Made by a program: the position numbers and the translations under genes. The notes under the pieces were generated by a model. That model ran no database searches. It saw only the letters and a program-made list of their open reading frames with translations, and was not told where the DNA came from. From Ostrea edulis (Eukaryota): 64,000 nt of DNA. The stretch spans positions 25,172,001-25,236,000 of the forward strand of contig NC_079171.1 in assembly GCF_947568905.1 (NCBI RefSeq). Reading direction: 5' to 3'. Below, in pieces: positions 43,225-54,759 of the stretch; position 1 is the first letter of the stretch; each line of letters starts with the position of its first letter.

Positions 43225-44175
43225 ATGTTGCTTATACCATTATTATGCGTGTTGTTACAATACAGTGTTGTAATGGCAGAAACTGTAATTGACTACAGCA
43301 CAGTCTGCAATAATGATAATTTGTACCCCATGAAAGGTCATACGTCTAGAATTGTAGAGTGTGAAGTCGAGGTTGGTAGAGCAGATTTGATATATAGATT
43401 CAACATAGCAGGTGATGAATCTAGAGTTGCGGATTTTAACATACACAAATCTTGTGGCGGATTGTGTGTAAGCTGGCACGCTATAGGTATGCCTGGATAC
43501 GTAATTACCCGAGATATGATGTCTGCTACACCATCACCGTATACTAAGATCTTGGCGGAGCAAGCTAATAACGGTGGGGTATTCACCCATTCGCACATAA
43601 CGAATACCTGGATCACTGACGTTGCTTCGGTAGCTATTCCGGAAATTTTATATACCAGATCAGAATACATGTCGTCAGTGTTCAAACTCATACCTGTAGA
43701 ATACGACGTGCAGCTAAAATCATTTCAAGATTCAATCCTCGTTATCTCGTTAGTATCCAAACATTACAGACACGTTGCCAAATATGGAACGGTTACGATT
43801 GGTGAAAATAAGGATTGTTCATGGCCGGTTAGAGGGTCAGATTTAGTTTTCAACATGGATAGTGAACCGTGTAAAGAAGCGATTCATTCAGGCACCGTTG
43901 TGGTATATTACGACAACGAAAGTCCAGAGGCTAGAAGTGTGAGAAGTACCGTATTACAATTAAGTATACCACACGTATATGTATCTACACGATTGAGCTC
44001 CATATATACAAACTCTTCCTTAAAACAAATTTGTGGATCATTGCATCAGTTACCAGACGGTGGTTACGATGTAACAATTAACGATTGCGACAACAAACGC
44101 CATATGACAGATATACTCGATGTTATAGAGGTACGTGCAATTAGAACTAAAACGCCGTTGGAAAAGCTTGACTAG
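43225..44175 (+). CDS. 316-aa secreted Cys-containing protein; last ~15 aa come from the IR
   Basis: Signal peptide MLLIPLLCVLLQYSVVMA. Crosses the IR boundary at 44130. Confidence 0.8.
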   Translation: MLLIPLLCVLLQYSVVMAETVIDYSTVCNNDNLYPMKGHTSRIVECEVEVGRADLIYRFNIAGDESRVADFNIHKSCGGLCVSWHAIGMPGYVITRDMMSATPSPYTKILAEQANNGGVFTHSHITNTWITDVASVAIPEILYTRSEYMSSVFKLIPVEYDVQLKSFQDSILVISLVSKHYRHVAKYGTVTIGENKDCSWPVRGSDLVFNMDSEPCKEAIHSGTVVVYYDNESPEARSVRSTVLQLSIPHVYVSTRLSSIYTNSSLKQICGSLHQLPDGGYDVTINDCDNKRHMTDILDVIEVRAIRTKTPLEKLD

Positions 44176-44779
44176 ACTATGTCCGACTATAACTTGGATA
44201 GTTCCGACTTTGGATCCTATAGCAGTTGTCAAGAGAATGAAACGTAATGGGATGGAATATGAAGAGACCGGAAAGTTGCAAAGGCGTGGGAAGTCTAAAG
44301 ATAAGCGCTATATCATTAGGGATTTGGTAGCATACGGTCCTCATAATCTCAACGACAACGTTCGCATGAGAAAGAACGGGTTTATCGCTGCTATACAAGA
44401 AGCTAGAGACAAGCGATTGGCATCGAGTACTAAGTTGTCGTATAAAAAAAACGCACATATTGGAGCCTTTATACATAACTTGGGAGCGTTGTTAGATGGT
44501 GCTGGACCGAACTGTAACGCAAACGGCGAACACTTTACCAACTTGGTGGGCGTTAAGGCAGTAGAACCACTCTTGACTAAGTTAGATGTGTTAAATAACG
44601 ATAGGTTTATAAACATGCCCATGACCGGGTTTAAGGAAGCCATGGCGGTAGCTGGCATACTCGTGCAGGAACAGTACAAGGATATGTCTATAGACGACGT
44701 AACATTTATTCTCAAATGTATAAACGACATAGTTGCACTTCTAACAGATTACGACATGCTATGTAGTCAATCTGTGTAA
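44130..44779 (+). pseudogene. 5'-truncated copy of the HUH-like gene
   Basis: Begins at G64 of 16245-17084 and lacks motif I and most of motif II. Confidence 0.75.
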
Positions 44780-44864
44780 TTTCTTTTATTTAAATGGATG
44801 AGATGATGTTGTCGTAAAACATGACTAGTCATTATTCTGTCGAAAAGTACATTCACAAGAAAAC

Positions 44865-45446
44865 ATGGTTAAGTTTGGTGTAGTTATCGTAGCACTATGT
44901 GTGAGTGGAGCATTATCTGCTGCCGTTCGCCAACCTATAGATGGTGATTTTTTAGTGGCAGATAAAGATCATCGTGTCGAGATTGAAGAAGGTTCCGGGG
45001 GTGAATTTATCCACAAGCCTAACATCCATCACCATAAGGATTCTCATAAGGACGTTCATCATATAAGCATAGATCACGATGATTCTCGACACAAGGCTAA
45101 ACCTGCTACAGAAAATGGGAATGAAGGAAGTGGATTTGGGTCGGGAGATCATACTGTAGAAATGATAACTGAAACCGTCGACAAGGATACCATTCATCAA
45201 GCAATCGCACAGATGTATGGTTGTAGGCCAGAAGAAATACACAAGTTGCGCACGGACGACGTCATTGACATCTTATTAGAAGTCGTGTCTGCAAACATCG
45301 AACAGGATAGGTTGATTGAACAATTGGCTAAGATAGTGAAGAGAAAGCGGTCCGTACTATCGGAGGCCAAACCTCTCCGTTTGTCTAGATCTAGAATGCT
45401 TAGGGAGGAACTGTCGACTATATATAGAATGAAAGTTGGACTGTGA
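44865..45446 (+). CDS. IR copy of the 193-aa secreted protein
   Basis: Identical translation. Confidence 0.8.
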   Translation: MVKFGVVIVALCVSGALSAAVRQPIDGDFLVADKDHRVEIEEGSGGEFIHKPNIHHHKDSHKDVHHISIDHDDSRHKAKPATENGNEGSGFGSGDHTVEMITETVDKDTIHQAIAQMYGCRPEEIHKLRTDDVIDILLEVVSANIEQDRLIEQLAKIVKRKRSVLSEAKPLRLSRSRMLREELSTIYRMKVGL

Positions 45447-46067
45447 TGAAACTAGATTTGTTACAGAAACATATAGTATAAGACTGTTATTAAGCTATGA
45501 AATTTTAAGAACACTGTGTGATACGATTGATTGTAATTATACATCGTTGCTATATATGTATGCGTATATATAAAAATGAACACATATAAATAAAAGCGAT
45601 TGTTACAAAGATATAGCTAGTTTTTTCTCTCTCATGAGCGGTTATTTGATACGACGGTACACATTTTTATCACCATCCAATTAACTACGGAGGGCCACAT
45701 TGCCGGTATATAATATATATATATTATTGGAGAGGCACGGAGGGCATCCTCCATAGCTATTGTTCTCTTAAAACCTCGAACAGCTTCGATTTTTTGATAG
45801 TGGGTTTCCCCCAGGTCTCGAACACGTTCGATCATTTAGCTGCGGAGTTGCCCTCCGTGCCGCTCTAATAATATATATATATATACACTGTCAAAGGGCT
45901 GCCCTCCATATTAGCCTCCATGATCATCAAAACGGAATCATTTTTATACCCAAACTTTAACCACAGAACAGTCGTATTGAATTCAAGCAATTTTTATTGA
46001 AACACATGCGTACATTGAAATATAAGTTCATAAACATTGACAATACATATAACAGATAACAAATGTC

Positions 46068-46781
46068 TCACACATGGTACTTATCGTACTGATCGATGTA
46101 AAACACATCACTATGCGGCATTTTCGTCGGGAAGAAGTTACAAAACACTATAGCCTTCACGTCGGTATCATCCAGGTGTCTGTAGAAGGTGCTGTAGACG
46201 AAATCGCACTCGTCACAATCCACGTCAAACACGGAATACTTGGTGATGTTACCAGATAGCGCCAAATAGTCAGAACAACACGTACGAAACATGTTTGAAT
46301 TCAGTGTTTTGTGCAAATACTGCGCCATCCAAGATTTTCCTTGTCCTTTAGTCTTGCCCACCACAAACAGGACTCTATTGTCAGAGTTAGTAAACGCAGC
46401 TAAATCGGCCACACGAATCTGCCATTGTAACATCGATTGGGTCGTGTCGTGAACCTCCGGTTTACTTTCATGTGCAGACTTCACCGCCTTCTCTCTGTTT
46501 GCCAAACGAGTTCCCCTTCGCTGAACGGCTGCATTTCTCAGATCGGGTAACATGGGTCGTTTAAGTCTCAACTCCCTTGCGACGTACGTCGCTGGATCCC
46601 TCAGATAGCTCGCTTTAAGCATTATGCGCGACATATTCCTCCCATACCAATCTCCATACATATCGTACATCTGAGATGTCAAACGTCCAGAATTCAGATC
46701 AGTGGCCGCCTTGATGATCATATTATTTTCGTACTCAGCCATGGCGTCGGCGTCGAGCATTGCTTGTGACAAATCTGACAT
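46068..46781 (-). CDS. IR copy of the 237-aa Rep-like P-loop protein
   Basis: Identical translation. Confidence 0.8.
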   Translation of the reverse strand: MSDLSQAMLDADAMAEYENNMIIKAATDLNSGRLTSQMYDMYGDWYGRNMSRIMLKASYLRDPATYVARELRLKRPMLPDLRNAAVQRRGTRLANREKAVKSAHESKPEVHDTTQSMLQWQIRVADLAAFTNSDNRVLFVVGKTKGQGKSWMAQYLHKTLNSNMFRTCCSDYLALSGNITKYSVFDVDCDECDFVYSTFYRHLDDTDVKAIVFCNFFPTKMPHSDVFYIDQYDKYHV

Positions 46782-47088
46782 GGTTTCTTAATAAAAGCAG
46801 ATATGTATACACATAAATAGCAATCGATGTTCTAAGACTGGAGTTTTTGATTTTGATTTTCATTTTTGGTATATATACCCAAAGGACTGTCGAACACGTT
46901 CGATTCTTTAGCTGCGGAGTTGCCCTCCGTGCCGCTCTAATAATATATATATATATACACCGTCAAAGGGCTGCCCTCCTTTCGCTGAACTCCGATCGAT
47001 TTAAAGCATTTAACACGTTCATGTTAATAAACCAAATTTGGGATATATAAACAAGCTCAGGTTTACTGGAGAACGATCATTTCACTGA

Positions 47089-49008
47089 TTGCTGAATAAT
47101 CTTGTCTCATTTCATAAAATACGATACATTCACAACAAAATCACTATGTTTGGGTGTAGCAACCAATGCGGCAAAATGAGAAGAAGTAGTGGATGGGTTA
47201 CCGTTATGGAAGAGGTGACCAGGGTTCGCAAAGAATTGGCACGCGGATCAGGATCGCTAATTCCAGAATTCATCCGAAGTATGGGCATGCACGAGCATTA
47301 CATTAACAGCCAACCTCCAGATACACTCTACATTAATGATATGCATCGTGATCTAAGGCTCGAAATGCTCGAATTGGACATGGCGCACAGGATTTTAAAC
47401 GGGGCGAATGCTATGCTGAACAATCGAGCTGCGATCGATGCCATCATAGACACGGTCGCCAAAGCTTCCACGAGGATGAAGACTGGAATTGTCGCCCCAG
47501 AATCTGAGTGGCATAGACTGGTACAGTTGATCAAGCACGAAAGAATTTTGCCACAATCGAATGTTGCTGATGCGGATATCGCACCGAGTACCAGATCGGA
47601 TAACCAAACGGTCTATGTTATGGGACTCGAGAAACCCTTCATTCACGCTGGTAAAAAATGGTTAGAAGCCAAAGGACACGACATCATAGTCCTGCTCGTC
47701 CCACCAATGGAAGCTGACTCTGGTGACACGAATTCATCGAAACGAGAAGTGCTCAGGAAAACCATGGTGTGCCTTGACTCGGGATATGCCTATATCAATG
47801 GAACAGACATCATCCGGTTAAAGGAGGTTGGGAAACCCAAAATTATCGTGCTATCCACGGAGGTTGTTTCTGTAGGTCCAACCGACATGACATGGATCGA
47901 TGCTAAAGATTTGAATTTTAGGAGTCTGGCGAGACCCGGGGCTCGATTTGAAGTGGATATGAATGTGTCGACTACCGTACATGCGCATCGCGTAACGCAA
48001 CCCACGTATCCAGACGTATACACGATCGACCCCGAAATAGTACACGTAATGACAGCCGGTTCAGATGATCACCTGAATACCAACAGAATACGAGCCATCA
48101 GATCGCCGGGTTCCAAGCAAGAGAACTGTTCTCATGTGAGCAACACGATCCTTAACGCGTTGTCATTATCAGGCGAAGGACAACCCTTGATAATATCGAC
48201 GCCTACCCAATATTACCATTTCATCACCGACAGTGTTAAGAAATGGTCGGAATTTCATAAATTATTAACAGTATCTGTTGGGATAGATAATGTAGAATAC
48301 GCGTTCGACTCGGCTTGGAACGCAGATATTGTGATTGTGGTAGCACAAACGTCGTCTGGGGACACGTTAAATCAGGTACGCCGCGGACATAAGCTCGACA
48401 GGATTCTGACAGTATTATCTAACGGATACATGATCAAAAACGATGGTCGTGCTCGCATGCGGGAGCGAATGAACAGACCTATGCTGTTGGTCTTGCGCGA
48501 CTTTGAGTTGCATCCAATAGCACCGATTAAGGATCTGTACTATCAAGGTCACGAAATTGTTGAACTTAGAGTACCATGTCACATGTATTGCATGAACAAG
48601 TGTGAGGAGGAGATGGAATATCAACCAGGCGACCAAAATGATCGACGTGCCGATCAAAACTGCGATCGTGATTCAGAACGAGAACATTCGGATTCTGAAT
48701 ACCCCGATTCAGATTCCGATTCGGACGATTCAGATGATAAACGCGATTCGTATCACGACCCCAACGGGTGGTTTAGTGGTGCGAAAAACAAGCGAGATGA
48801 TACAGAGTCTCAGACTTCCGAAACTCGTACCCATCAGTTCTCCGAACCCCTACACATCGATGATATGCATATGCGGTATGTCGATCGTGAATCATTGGTT
48901 CGCCGACCTATAGGACCACGGGTGTCAACTTGTGGTTGTAAACGCAAGACTACCGAAACCATTTCCACCAAATCTACAAAAGTGTCCAAAGATGCCGATG
49001 AATCTTGA
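47089..49008 (+). CDS. IR copy of the 639-aa protein
   Basis: Identical translation. Confidence 0.78.
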   Translation: MLNNLVSFHKIRYIHNKITMFGCSNQCGKMRRSSGWVTVMEEVTRVRKELARGSGSLIPEFIRSMGMHEHYINSQPPDTLYINDMHRDLRLEMLELDMAHRILNGANAMLNNRAAIDAIIDTVAKASTRMKTGIVAPESEWHRLVQLIKHERILPQSNVADADIAPSTRSDNQTVYVMGLEKPFIHAGKKWLEAKGHDIIVLLVPPMEADSGDTNSSKREVLRKTMVCLDSGYAYINGTDIIRLKEVGKPKIIVLSTEVVSVGPTDMTWIDAKDLNFRSLARPGARFEVDMNVSTTVHAHRVTQPTYPDVYTIDPEIVHVMTAGSDDHLNTNRIRAIRSPGSKQENCSHVSNTILNALSLSGEGQPLIISTPTQYYHFITDSVKKWSEFHKLLTVSVGIDNVEYAFDSAWNADIVIVVAQTSSGDTLNQVRRGHKLDRILTVLSNGYMIKNDGRARMRERMNRPMLLVLRDFELHPIAPIKDLYYQGHEIVELRVPCHMYCMNKCEEEMEYQPGDQNDRRADQNCDRDSEREHSDSEYPDSDSDSDDSDDKRDSYHDPNGWFSGAKNKRDDTESQTSETRTHQFSEPLHIDDMHMRYVDRESLVRRPIGPRVSTCGCKRKTTETISTKSTKVSKDADES

Positions 49009-49338
49009 ATATGACTCTTCGCCAAACTGAATCATTTGTGAAAAACTTTATGTTATGATAACGTGTGTATAATTCAACATTAGTTTATTTTATGATCGTA
49101 TTGTACTGTTATATATATTCGTGTGTATGCTTGATGTTTTGCTAAATATATGTATCGACAAATTTAAAACAGAATTTCAGTTATTTTTACAAACTTACAA
49201 ACACAGAGGATGTGATGATTTAAAAACTTACTATTAGAAACGATATTTATATCCAACGTGTTCGACCTTTAATATATCACATTGTATTTATAAGTTGTCC
49301 AACATTAGTAAAACATATATACAACCCAAATCAACAGT

Positions 49339-50109
49339 GTGTACAAAAAAAACATCATGGATCCAGACGAAGAATTTGTATATGGTGACGACCATGAAAA
49401 CGATAATACCGAATGCTTCGATGATGCCGACGACGAGCGTGAAGTAGACGATTATGCCGATCCTGATAACGATAGTGATTACGATAGCAATGTAAATGAA
49501 ACACGATCGCCACAGAAGCGAGGCTATACTGCAATTAACAATAGTGGTCTGACGAGTATACATTGTATGTTAGGATACCAAGAAGATTATGGTGATGATG
49601 ATGATGTAGATATTGACGTCGAACCCGTAACTCAAGTGAAAATAGCTAGCGTCGTTAAGGATGTACCCGAGTTACATAGCGTAGTGTACGATGCCGAGAA
49701 AGATCACGATGTGTTTATGACTATCATTAGACGACGAGACGCCAGATTAAAGAAACGCTCAGCAACGAGTTCGTTAGATAATATACGGAAAAAAATGAGA
49801 TTTGACAATTGTCCTATTCAATTAGAGGATGTTGATAATCCGAGCACGACGCCACACCTCTGTCGAGACGACCAGTGTGACGATGATATGGAACTCGAAA
49901 ACTCTGTTGTGGAAACTATCACAACAACGTCTTTTGATGCAGACATACAGTCGAAGACGAGCGATGTAGAGTTGGACGAAGAAGACGATTTAATAACATT
50001 TTCAGCATTATCATCACCAGCACCACAACCACGACCGAAAACACGTAGAGAATCAAAGAAAAAGACAAGAAAACGCCCCAGATCCAAGTCACCTCTTAGT
50101 ATTTTGTGA
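49339..50109 (+). CDS. IR copy of the 256-aa protein
   Basis: One difference (T5N). Confidence 0.8.
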   Translation: MYKKNIMDPDEEFVYGDDHENDNTECFDDADDEREVDDYADPDNDSDYDSNVNETRSPQKRGYTAINNSGLTSIHCMLGYQEDYGDDDDVDIDVEPVTQVKIASVVKDVPELHSVVYDAEKDHDVFMTIIRRRDARLKKRSATSSLDNIRKKMRFDNCPIQLEDVDNPSTTPHLCRDDQCDDDMELENSVVETITTTSFDADIQSKTSDVELDEEDDLITFSALSSPAPQPRPKTRRESKKKTRKRPRSKSPLSIL

Positions 50110-50230
50110 TATCACCATTGATGCAAATTGTAACAAAAATGTATTATGTAGTCAATTGTACTATATACCGCACACATGTTATTTGTAATAAACCGATTTT
50201 ATATTATTAATACAGTATCACTTTCAATAT

Positions 50231-52588
50231 ATGAACACAGTCGTTGTAAGGATATTTTCGACCAAAATAATCATGTCTGCCAAACGATATTTCGCCAAGA
50301 ATAAAAAGCTACTGTTCTACAATGAGTCGGACGAAATATTCATCCGACCAGCCTGTCATGGTGAAGCTATGGTGTGTGGCGGATGTTATCAAATGAAAGT
50401 TGATTATGATGCCCATTTCTGCGTAGCTATGGCTAAACGCTTGGGGTACGATGAAGTTGCCAACCATATCGCTAATACTGAAGGTATACAAACCAGATAC
50501 AGGAGAGTGTGTCCTCCAGATATGGATGAAGCTCATAAACTTAGAGCCTTCTACAACTTCTCTGGAATTCCACTAGAAACAAACCTCAGGAAAGGTTTTT
50601 GTATATCGGAAATACCACGGGATATCTTTAAACAGATTACCGTAGCAAGTGCCAAGAAAGCCTTTAATGGCGACCAGTATACTAGAATAGTGACCAACAT
50701 GATGAAGCTTCATAAGTATCCGAAGACTTCGAGAGGAGCTACTGGTTATGGTCACTTTAACTATTACAAACTATTCGAATTCATGCACGTAGTATCTGGA
50801 ATTTATAATCCAGATAGATACTTGTCTCCTCAGATGGTGCTCAGCGCCACGCTATTGAATAGTAAAGGTGAAACAGTCTACTCGCCACCTCCGATCTCAT
50901 ACCTGGCTAACATGATGGCGGATTTGATAGCTATATCGGAACTAGATGAACACGGACATGTGTTGTTGAGACCGGACGATCGTGGTCGATATGTAGCCGT
51001 ACCCATACCATTGAATCCGGCTGCCAAGAGAGTGACTGGTGACACTTTGATAAAGGTCATTAAGTTTAATGAAGAAGAAATGGCAGAAAGACGAGACGTC
51101 ATTAGCACACACGCTATCAGAATAGTTACAACTTCCATAACTGGAGCTACCATACACCTGTGGAAGCAGATGAACGATCAAATTCGGAGTGTGAACAAAC
51201 ACTTCGCGGAAACTAAAGAAGATCGAGAGGATGATGTCGCGATTGGTGTTGGGGATGGACGAAAACGAAGTCGGTCGGTAGCGAATAAAACCGCCCAATT
51301 AGATCAGGAAAGAATAGTAGTAAAATACTATGAAATGAAGAATGGTCAGAAGGAGACAAATGTCGATATAGGAGACATCGAGTTCATTCCCCAAAGATCG
51401 TTGTACGAGAGCGATCTTAAAAGCAGAAACGGTTATTCACCTACCCAAGTCGACCATGGTACCGTGGATCTACACGATCACGATTTCTCTAGTATGATGT
51501 TCGAAGGGGGGAGTCCGTCTAATGACAACCTTGTGCAAGATCGTATACTGTCAGATATAGATGTCGCAACCGATGTATCGGACGATTTTAGATCTCTACA
51601 CATTGCGGAACCGGCCGATGAAAGTGAAAAGAGTGATGATTATGTCACAGAACGCATCGCGTACGTCAACAAAAGGTTGAGTAAAATCAAACGTACATCG
51701 ATGTTCAAAAAAATACCGATATCTACAGTGGAACAAGTGGCGCAAATGTACCAATGTCAGGCCCTCAGTAATTTCGGATTAACCGAGGATCTGTGGGCAA
51801 ATAAGTTAAAGTTTTTCGAAACAGCAGATCCGGAAGAAGTGGGGAAAAGTATTGGTACATATATGCCTAGTGCCATAATAACATCGAAACCGATAAAGAT
51901 ACCTCAAATCTTACCGTTCAAACCGCCAGAGTTGTGGGCATTCAGCGAGTTTTACACAAGACATACTAACTCGAATAGACGCATAGATAACCAGGCTGAG
52001 AAAGAAGCGGTTAGGCAGATTCTAGATAATCATGATATAGGTGAAACATCGAACAGTGCTAGACATGCCGTATTAGATAGATATTTCGAGAACAGCGATA
52101 AAAATGAGTTCTGGATCCTGTGTGACAAATGTTTTAAAAATGGTATCGACAATCCATCAAGATATATCGGAAAGTCTACTGAAGTCCGCAACAGTATGCG
52201 CGCCAAGTTTCGCGAGGAGGCTCAAAGGGATCGGCAATCATGTGCATTATGTAACCTCGGCCAGAAGAAAGCTTCGCTAATGACCCATGTTCTCGATAAA
52301 TTGTTCGGTGATACTCCCGAAATTCGTGAGGCAACATTAAAGCATCGTTCGATGGCTATTGCTATCATGGCACTAAACGAAGCTAAATGGTATCAGCTGA
52401 TCCACGAGGAAAATTTAGCTCATCACAATGATCCAGAATTTAAATATACTATGATTACGGCTGCACAACTCGCTAGACATGTATCCGAAGATTTGGCAGA
52501 GGCTCGACATGTCATAAAACAACGAGGTATTGATGCTCGGAAGAAGGCCGATAGAGCTAAACGAATTAAGACAACAGTGAGAAAGTGA
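50231..52588 (+). CDS. IR copy of the 785-aa protein
   Basis: Identical translation. Confidence 0.85.
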   Translation: MNTVVVRIFSTKIIMSAKRYFAKNKKLLFYNESDEIFIRPACHGEAMVCGGCYQMKVDYDAHFCVAMAKRLGYDEVANHIANTEGIQTRYRRVCPPDMDEAHKLRAFYNFSGIPLETNLRKGFCISEIPRDIFKQITVASAKKAFNGDQYTRIVTNMMKLHKYPKTSRGATGYGHFNYYKLFEFMHVVSGIYNPDRYLSPQMVLSATLLNSKGETVYSPPPISYLANMMADLIAISELDEHGHVLLRPDDRGRYVAVPIPLNPAAKRVTGDTLIKVIKFNEEEMAERRDVISTHAIRIVTTSITGATIHLWKQMNDQIRSVNKHFAETKEDREDDVAIGVGDGRKRSRSVANKTAQLDQERIVVKYYEMKNGQKETNVDIGDIEFIPQRSLYESDLKSRNGYSPTQVDHGTVDLHDHDFSSMMFEGGSPSNDNLVQDRILSDIDVATDVSDDFRSLHIAEPADESEKSDDYVTERIAYVNKRLSKIKRTSMFKKIPISTVEQVAQMYQCQALSNFGLTEDLWANKLKFFETADPEEVGKSIGTYMPSAIITSKPIKIPQILPFKPPELWAFSEFYTRHTNSNRRIDNQAEKEAVRQILDNHDIGETSNSARHAVLDRYFENSDKNEFWILCDKCFKNGIDNPSRYIGKSTEVRNSMRAKFREEAQRDRQSCALCNLGQKKASLMTHVLDKLFGDTPEIREATLKHRSMAIAIMALNEAKWYQLIHEENLAHHNDPEFKYTMITAAQLARHVSEDLAEARHVIKQRGIDARKKADRAKRIKTTVRK

Positions 52589-52731
52589 AAGTAAAAGAAA
52601 ATGAACGTGTTCGATTTATAATGATTATATATATCCTCCGTAGCGCATAATATTATCACAACGTATTGTGCGATTTATGTAATATAACTATAGACAGATT
52701 ATTATCGTATCATTTTTAATCATTTACCACG

Positions 52732-53724
52732 ATGTCAGCGATGAAATCTAAAGTTTTGGGCAACAATCGGACCAAGCCGTACTCTAAGTGTGTGAACCCT
52801 TGGGGTAAATCGACAGATGCCGTGAAATTGGGACAGCACGACCGTAAGACTGTGAAGAGTGCAAACGATTATAGCTTAACGTTTGATGGGAATGTACGCC
52901 AAGTTATTACGACAGAAGATAGTGTGAAACATGAATACATTCATCCTTCGGCCCACAAATTCTTCGCCCACGAAGATCGTAGGCGCGAGACATATGTTGG
53001 ATGCGGATTGAAGGCTAATGTGATAGACGAACTTGTAACATCCGGATTATTCCACGATAACAGCTGTTCCAAATCCACGTGCTTCTTCTGTGGGATATCG
53101 ATCGATACACCGAATCCCAAAGATAAATATCTGGACGAGACATTGCCCATCATTGATCACCACATTAGAAATAGGTGGTGCATTTTTAACAATTTTTTAT
53201 ATGGTGACAAATGCAGCATTTTCGTCAAGAGTGTATATTACACTAAAGTCAATCATCTGCAAGAGTTAGTGAACGACCGTACAACACAGATCGAAAACGA
53301 TCTATCCAGTAGATTGGGTAGCATCAAGGCCATTCTGGCCGACTTGGATAATTGTATAGATGCGTCCAGGGCGCAATTTAAGGATTTGTCGGAGGTATCC
53401 GCCGCCATCAACACCTTGGGGAAATTTATTAATAAACACAATCTCAGCAGGGATAACGCGATACTAAAGACGACGGCGGAGAAATCGACGGGCGGTAAGA
53501 AGTCTGCAAGAACACCGGGACCCAAAGTCGTGGTCAACGACAATAAACTTAAACGTGTGATTCAGGCAACGAGAGTGTGTGGCTCGCCGGAGATGTTCTC
53601 GCCACAGCATCAAAACTCAGCCCTGACGAAGTACACACACTCTAACATTTCGAAATCGAAGGTTAGTGCTACCAAATCAATGAAGGCCAGACGGTTGGCG
53701 CTAACCTTCAAGGAACTATTTTAA
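52732..53724 (+). CDS. IR copy of the BIR-like 330-aa protein
   Basis: Identical translation. Confidence 0.78.
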   Translation: MSAMKSKVLGNNRTKPYSKCVNPWGKSTDAVKLGQHDRKTVKSANDYSLTFDGNVRQVITTEDSVKHEYIHPSAHKFFAHEDRRRETYVGCGLKANVIDELVTSGLFHDNSCSKSTCFFCGISIDTPNPKDKYLDETLPIIDHHIRNRWCIFNNFLYGDKCSIFVKSVYYTKVNHLQELVNDRTTQIENDLSSRLGSIKAILADLDNCIDASRAQFKDLSEVSAAINTLGKFINKHNLSRDNAILKTTAEKSTGGKKSARTPGPKVVVNDNKLKRVIQATRVCGSPEMFSPQHQNSALTKYTHSNISKSKVSATKSMKARRLALTFKELF

Positions 53725-53855
53725 TTGTGTGTGCAATGTTCATGTGTGTAAAATGGAACACAAGACTAGAAATGATGTAAATATGTTTGATTGTATATAT
53801 CGTTGTATTATTTTTAAATCTTGTTTTTGAAAAATGTAGCTTGTGATTTTATGAT

Positions 53856-54746
53856 GTGGTGAAAAAAAATATATATATTAGAATATACTCAAGTTTTTAT
53901 ATTGTATTTCATATCGTTAAAACTATCTGGAAGTGTCAGAAAGAAACATACGACATGCTTCTGTTTATCATATCGTTCGTGCTGACATTTACAGCTATAA
54001 ACAGCGAACACTGTATATGCTTTGATCATGGAGGGTTTGACATCTGTTCTGGATATTTCGACACGTGTGCCTACCTACCATTGAACGATCAAGGGTATCA
54101 TGTCTTAGCAATTTTTAACGATACTTATGCACGACGGAGATTCGGCATGTGTTCGCCCGGCGGGGATATGGTGTTATCACCCAAGGGATTTCAACCTTAC
54201 TTCAGACACGATTGTAGACCAGCTCCCAAAATTTCCCAATGCAAGTTAGACATTGAGGCTCGCCACAGCGATTGTGAAGTTAAATTTGTCAAGGATATTC
54301 CAGTCAAAACTGTAACTGAGCAATACGACACTAAATCGTATATAGACGTTCGGAGTGTATGTAGTGACGATTGTTCATCTCGAATTAAAGGTGTTGTACT
54401 ATACGACCATCATACTAAAACATATCGATGTATAACCCATGAAGTCGGAGCCTCCAACAACTGGTTACCATTGCGTGTTAAACCACATATGTACGAATTG
54501 GTGACTAGTTACTATGCTTACCATGGACTTTCGGTCATGTTTCCGTATAATAAACTAGGATATATACACGTAACTCCGACTCCGCATATGAAGACGACTT
54601 CCGCAAGTAATATCCTTCAAACACACAATTGGTATTGGTGTAGTAACATTGGGGCAGATGCCGAATTCAAATGGTATGGTGTGCGCAACGTATACGACAC
54701 TAAACCGCGATTTACAGCAAATATTGATGATTGTGATAAAACATAA
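53856..54746 (+). CDS. Secreted Cys-rich protein (likely start at MLLFIISF, about 53955)
   Basis: Signal peptide-like MLLFIISFVLTFTAINS followed by many Cys. Confidence 0.78.
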   Translation: MVKKNIYIRIYSSFYIVFHIVKTIWKCQKETYDMLLFIISFVLTFTAINSEHCICFDHGGFDICSGYFDTCAYLPLNDQGYHVLAIFNDTYARRRFGMCSPGGDMVLSPKGFQPYFRHDCRPAPKISQCKLDIEARHSDCEVKFVKDIPVKTVTEQYDTKSYIDVRSVCSDDCSSRIKGVVLYDHHTKTYRCITHEVGASNNWLPLRVKPHMYELVTSYYAYHGLSVMFPYNKLGYIHVTPTPHMKTTSASNILQTHNWYWCSNIGADAEFKWYGVRNVYDTKPRFTANIDDCDKT

Positions 54747-54759
54747 CTCTCGGCGAGAG

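Larger units (their letters stand above)
44130..53747 (-). repeat. 9.6-kb inverted repeat, copy 2
   Basis: Mirror of 7271-16894. Includes repeat units at 45704-45890 and 46889-46962. Confidence 0.95.

Noticed and set aside
43225-44135. 316-aa ORF and the 6831-7270 remnant as two halves of one gene split by inversion (GTACG occurs at both junctions)
   Set aside because: Joining at the shared GTACG is out of frame by one base, and the remnant matches the 873-aa gene instead.
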